Part shown: positions 60,482 through 64,000 of the stretch, piece by piece
How positions within the stretch are numbered: position 1 is the stretch's first letter
Layout: each line of letters begins with the position of its first letter
DNA from: an uncultured Elusimicrobia bacterium
GTDB lineage: Bacteria > Elusimicrobiota > Elusimicrobia > 2-01-FULL-59-12
Direction of reading: 5' to 3'
Assembly: GCA_963702895.1 (NCBI GenBank)
Contig: OY969767.1
Coordinates: 2,528,001 to 2,592,000 of the forward strand
Length of the DNA stretch: 64,000 nucleotides
Position numbers and translations under genes: made by a program
Notes under the pieces: generated by a model
Told to the model about the DNA's origin: nothing
What the model saw: the letters and a program-made list of their open reading frames with translations, nothing else
Database searches by the model: none

Positions 60482-60582
60482 TCCCTTGTACGGCAGCGCA
60501 GACCGAACAGCTCCCATCGCCGCCGCCTGAGCGCAACGGTCACCCCTCACTTGAGCTGATAGGCTTTTTGTACGATTGCCGC

Positions 60583-62088
60583 ATGCCAAAAAATGGAGGA
60601 CTAGTACCCCAAGCGACTCTCCTGCTGCGTTCTGTAATGGCCGTGACCTTGGCACTCGCTCTCGCGCGGCCAGGCCTGGCCGAGGAAGAGGAACTTCGTC
60701 CCACGCCCCCGACCCCTGCTCAGCGCAAGCAGATCAAGAATGAGCACAAGCCGCGCAAAGCGCCCGCCAAACAAATTAAAGACATCGAACGAAAGTTTAA
60801 GCGGGCCATCAAAAACACATCGCCCAATCCCAAGGTCCAGGGGACTGACCTATCACCCATGCCGCCAAGCGCCCCGGAGATGCCCAAGGCCCCCCAAATG
60901 CCACCTCAGCCTTCCAAAACCGAAAGGTTCTTGGGGGCAGCCGCCAAGGTGCTGACCAAGTCGTGGGGGTCTAACATCTTTGTATGGCTGCCCGCCATTT
61001 CGACCGACCCGAACACGGGCCCCACGATGGGGATCATGCCGGTGCTCGTTCTCGCCGATCAGCAGAACCGGACCATTCGTCATTTGCTGGCTCCATCCTA
61101 TACCTACAATTCCCTCTTTGGTCAAACGGGGACTGTCCGCTATTACTGGTATCCGACCGCTTCGAGCCAGCTTTATACCGTCGGCAGTTACTCCGAGCAC
61201 ACGAACCGCGAACTGAAAGCGCGCTACGAGAACCCTGCTCTCATGGACGGGACCGTCTACCTTCGCGCGGAGATGTATAACAATGTCAATGGATCGAAAC
61301 GATTTTTTGGTCTTGGGCCGCAGTCGGTCGAATCAAACGAATCCGGTTATACCGCCAATAATAGTGTGGAGAGTGTCCGCATAGGAGTGAACTTTGCTCG
61401 TTCCTGGCGAGCCACCTTCGGACAGCGCTTCCGGAGAACGGCCACGGAAGACAACATCATCCCAGACATCCCGGATGCGGCGACGCAATTCCCGGGACTC
61501 CCTGGCGTTGGAACGCAAAGAACCTCGGCGCTTGAATTCCGGCTCCTGTGGGACACGCGCGACCTGCCGATCACGCCTTCCCGGGGGAGTTCCGGCGAAC
61601 TCTTTGCGGAGACCACGAGCGGCAATTTAGGGAGTGATTCGGAATTCATCCGCTATGGCCTTGAAGGAAAACATTTATTTGCCTGGAAGAGCCCCAAACA
61701 CCGGACGATTGTGCACAGCCTCTATGAATGGGCCAATGGCCCGGACATCCCGTTTTATGAACTCCCCTCTTTAGGCGGCCGCGAGACGCTGCGCGGCTAC
61801 GGCGAAGGGCGTTTCGTGGACCGTGGACGCTTCGTCTTCAACGTTGAGCATCGCATCACCATGGCGTCCCTGGCTCTGATGGGCATTCAAACCAACTTTG
61901 AGGTGGCGCCCTTCTTCGATATCGGCTCCGTCTTTCCTACGCTGCCGGAAGCCCAGAGCAAGAACTTCCGGCCCGTCTATGGCGGAGCGTTTCGCGCGGC
62001 CGTGAAGCCCAATGTCGTTGGCGATGTCGAGGTCGGCGTCGGCCAGGAAGGCATCGCCGTCTTTGTGGATATCAGTTACCCCTTCTAA
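60583..62088 (+). CDS. BamA/TamA (Omp85) surface-antigen family protein
   Basis: Signal peptide, Pro-rich linker, LGGRETLRGY..GRF.D, ends ISYPF. Confidence 0.8.
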   Translation: MPKNGGLVPQATLLLRSVMAVTLALALARPGLAEEEELRPTPPTPAQRKQIKNEHKPRKAPAKQIKDIERKFKRAIKNTSPNPKVQGTDLSPMPPSAPEMPKAPQMPPQPSKTERFLGAAAKVLTKSWGSNIFVWLPAISTDPNTGPTMGIMPVLVLADQQNRTIRHLLAPSYTYNSLFGQTGTVRYYWYPTASSQLYTVGSYSEHTNRELKARYENPALMDGTVYLRAEMYNNVNGSKRFFGLGPQSVESNESGYTANNSVESVRIGVNFARSWRATFGQRFRRTATEDNIIPDIPDAATQFPGLPGVGTQRTSALEFRLLWDTRDLPITPSRGSSGELFAETTSGNLGSDSEFIRYGLEGKHLFAWKSPKHRTIVHSLYEWANGPDIPFYELPSLGGRETLRGYGEGRFVDRGRFVFNVEHRITMASLALMGIQTNFEVAPFFDIGSVFPTLPEAQSKNFRPVYGGAFRAAVKPNVVGDVEVGVGQEGIAVFVDISYPF

Positions 62089-62145
62089 CCGGGAATTTTC
62101 ACTTGAGTTTATCCTATCCTCTGAGCATCGTGCGCTTTTTAGTCC

Positions 62146-62269
62146 GTCATCCCGGCGGACGCCGTCCCCCTTACGTCCGGGGGACTGTCCCTTCCTATGA
62201 TCTCTAGGGATGGGGACGGGATCCAGAACATCGTCGATGGACTGGACCCCGACTTTCGTCGGGGTGACG
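62146..62269. repeat. Inverted REP pair with the 54-bp twin-hairpin insertion
   Basis: Insert 62165-62218 is nearly identical to 54759-54812 and sits at the same position in the REP. Confidence 0.8.
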
Positions 62270-62334
62270 TCAACAGAAGATCCCAGGCTAACGTAGGGAT
62301 GTCGGCCCGGCGCGTTGTTGGCTGGGATGACGAC

Positions 62335-62991
62335 TTAGCGGGTTGTGCGGGGGATGTTGAGAAGCGAGACCCGATCTGAGGAGACGAGCGGAGAGCGCTG
62401 CCACACAAAGCGGACCGATCCCTCCGGACGTACAGCGCGGTCGATAAAGAGCTCGGCGGTATCAGATTCTGTGCTCCAGCGACGGACAGGGCTCGAGGGC
62501 CGGGCGCTCACGATGGGCTTCTCGACCATCGAAGCTCTCCCGAAGAGCTCCTGGACGGGTCGCCGGAAATCATCCAGCAGGTTCTCATCCGATGCATGGA
62601 CCCGAATGTCCAGGGCCTGAAGGGTCGCACTTTGACGGTTCTCGCTGGGATAAAAAAAGTAATAGCCGTTCCCCTGGCCCGTAATAATTTCGCAGCGATA
62701 GATCCAAGTCTCTTTTTTCTCCGGGCGGTCGCAGTCTGCCATCTCCCGGCCCCCCCATTGCTCAAAGCTCGTCTTGCGAAGGCCGAGGTGCACAAGTCCC
62801 TTGAACTCGACGAGGAGTTCGTTCCGCTGCGAGAGGGAAAGGGGAAGGGCCGGGCTCTGGGATTTTTTGCTGACGTCCAGCGGCGCATAGGAAGCGCCGG
62901 CCGTTGAAAGTTTGGGCTCTGCGGCCCCAGCCAACATCGGCCACATCAGGACGACCAGGGCCAGGAGCCTCCGCGCAAAAGCGTGACGCAT
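62335..62991 (-). CDS. Hypothetical secreted protein
   Basis: Signal peptide MRHAFARRLLALVVLMWP. Confidence 0.6.
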   Translation of the reverse strand: MRHAFARRLLALVVLMWPMLAGAAEPKLSTAGASYAPLDVSKKSQSPALPLSLSQRNELLVEFKGLVHLGLRKTSFEQWGGREMADCDRPEKKETWIYRCEIITGQGNGYYFFYPSENRQSATLQALDIRVHASDENLLDDFRRPVQELFGRASMVEKPIVSARPSSPVRRWSTESDTAELFIDRAVRPEGSVRFVWQRSPLVSSDRVSLLNIPRTTR

Positions 62992-62999
62992 GGGGAAAA

Positions 63000-63332
63000 T
63001 TAGTCTCGGTCCCTTGAAAGGAGCGCTCCGATAATGACCCCCACCAGAAGCGTCAGGCCCATCGCGCGCGCGGGATGCTTCTTCACGGCCTTCTGGGCGT
63101 CCTCCCAGAGCTCTTCGCCCTGGTCGCGCAGATCATCCACCGCATTCAAGCCACTCGCGCGGGCTTCGTCCCATACCTGACGGCCTCTTTTTCGCGCAGC
63201 CTCCAGGACATCCTCGCCTTTTTCTTTGGCCAGTTCCGCCGCTTTGGCCATTTCGCGACGTCCTTGTTCCAGAAGTTCCTGGGCTTTTTCCATCGTGACT
63301 TTCCAGTCATCGTGACCATTTGATTCACGCAT
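63000..63332 (-). CDS. ElaB/YqjD/DUF883-like tail-anchored protein
   Basis: Helical N-terminus, VKKHPARAMGLTLLVGVIIGALLSR. Confidence 0.8.
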   Translation of the reverse strand: MRESNGHDDWKVTMEKAQELLEQGRREMAKAAELAKEKGEDVLEAARKRGRQVWDEARASGLNAVDDLRDQGEELWEDAQKAVKKHPARAMGLTLLVGVIIGALLSRDRD

Positions 63333-63494
63333 TGAATTCCTCCAGCGAGTCTGTTGTCGTGTGCGGCTTCAATTGTATGTCAGTATTTCGTCTGAAAGTC
63401 AATGATATTTAGAGAGGCCGAAAGGTCCCACGAAGGGAAAGTCCACACATGGGATTATCGACGAATTTTCGCATGAATTTGATATTCTTCCACC

Positions 63495-64000
63495 ATGCGA
63501 CTTGGGCTCGTTTTGCTCGCCATCTCCGCTCGGATCATCGGGCCCCTCCCCTGTGGGGCCAGTATTCTTCCGTCAGCCGATCAGACGGCGACCTTTGTAG
63601 TCCCTGGCCAGGAAGGGATGCACCGGGAACTCATCCCCGCCCACATCGCCATCGTCCATTGCTCCTACGAATTGGAGGTCGTGGCCCCTGGCACAACGTT
63701 TGGCTTTGATATTGTAGGGTCCGGCTTTACGGAAGCGTTCTACAAGATTATTTCGGTCGACGCGAATGCTCTTGATATCACGATCAAGAACCTGCGCCTT
63801 GTTACGGCGAATCAAATCCACGGCCAGATCGAGGTCGGGACCGAAGCCACAACACAATATATCCGACCCCTCGTGATCATCCGGGGCCTGCCGGTCTTCC
63901 GAGCGCCGGAACCTTTTGGGGTCGTCCGTTTTGGCGAAGTGCTGGATATCGAACTTGCTTCCATCAACGATTCGGGTCAATGGGGGCGATTCCGCGTCAC
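63495..64000 (+). CDS. Hypothetical exported protein, truncated by the window end
   Basis: Open frame MRLGLVLLAISARIIGPLPCGA... with no stop before 64000 (translated by eye). Confidence 0.55.
   Translation, partial: MRLGLVLLAISARIIGPLPCGASILPSADQTATFVVPGQEGMHRELIPAHIAIVHCSYELEVVAPGTTFGFDIVGSGFTEAFYKIISVDANALDITIKNLRLVTANQIHGQIEVGTEATTQYIRPLVIIRGLPVFRAPEPFGVVRFGEVLDIELASINDSGQWGRFRV

Overview
Bacterial chromosomal window of moderately high GC. The PorV-like gene with a stand-alone C-terminal sorting-domain gene, the Bat/MoxR operon and the REP styles tentatively suggest an Elusimicrobiota-like lineage (inference only). Left end: an SNF2/DUF3883 helicase and a GIY-YIG-like gene lie on the 3' side of an intact tRNA-Ser(TGA) (4323-4412, minus). 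On its 5' side (4.4-11.5 kb) is a co-oriented array of small accessory cassettes: a HEPN-like protein, two MNT/HEPN pairs, VapBC, a secreted protein, a cupin plus membrane protein, and an HTH-ATPase plus STAS protein. Each cassette is closed by a divergent 5' fragment of tRNA-Ser (8 relics in total), and no integrase is visible. The relics, and REP elements elsewhere, are interrupted by 40-60 bp twin-hairpin insertions that nest inside one another. Further right: a 12-heme cytochrome/porin/6-heme cytochrome cluster, separated from nrfHA by an 8-kb glycosylation island bounded by a duplicated nrfA 3' end; pgl and tal; an IS4 element that replaced a start codon; tRNA-Ser(GCT); mscL; porV-like, Sel1 and BamA-like genes; an IS1380/ankyrin insert bounded by a duplicated gene 3' end; serS with an in-frame heptamer-hairpin insert; pdxH; the moxR-bat operon; and ino1. 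The best candidate for an undescribed system is the tRNA-fragment-delimited cassette array together with the nested twin-hairpin mini-elements.
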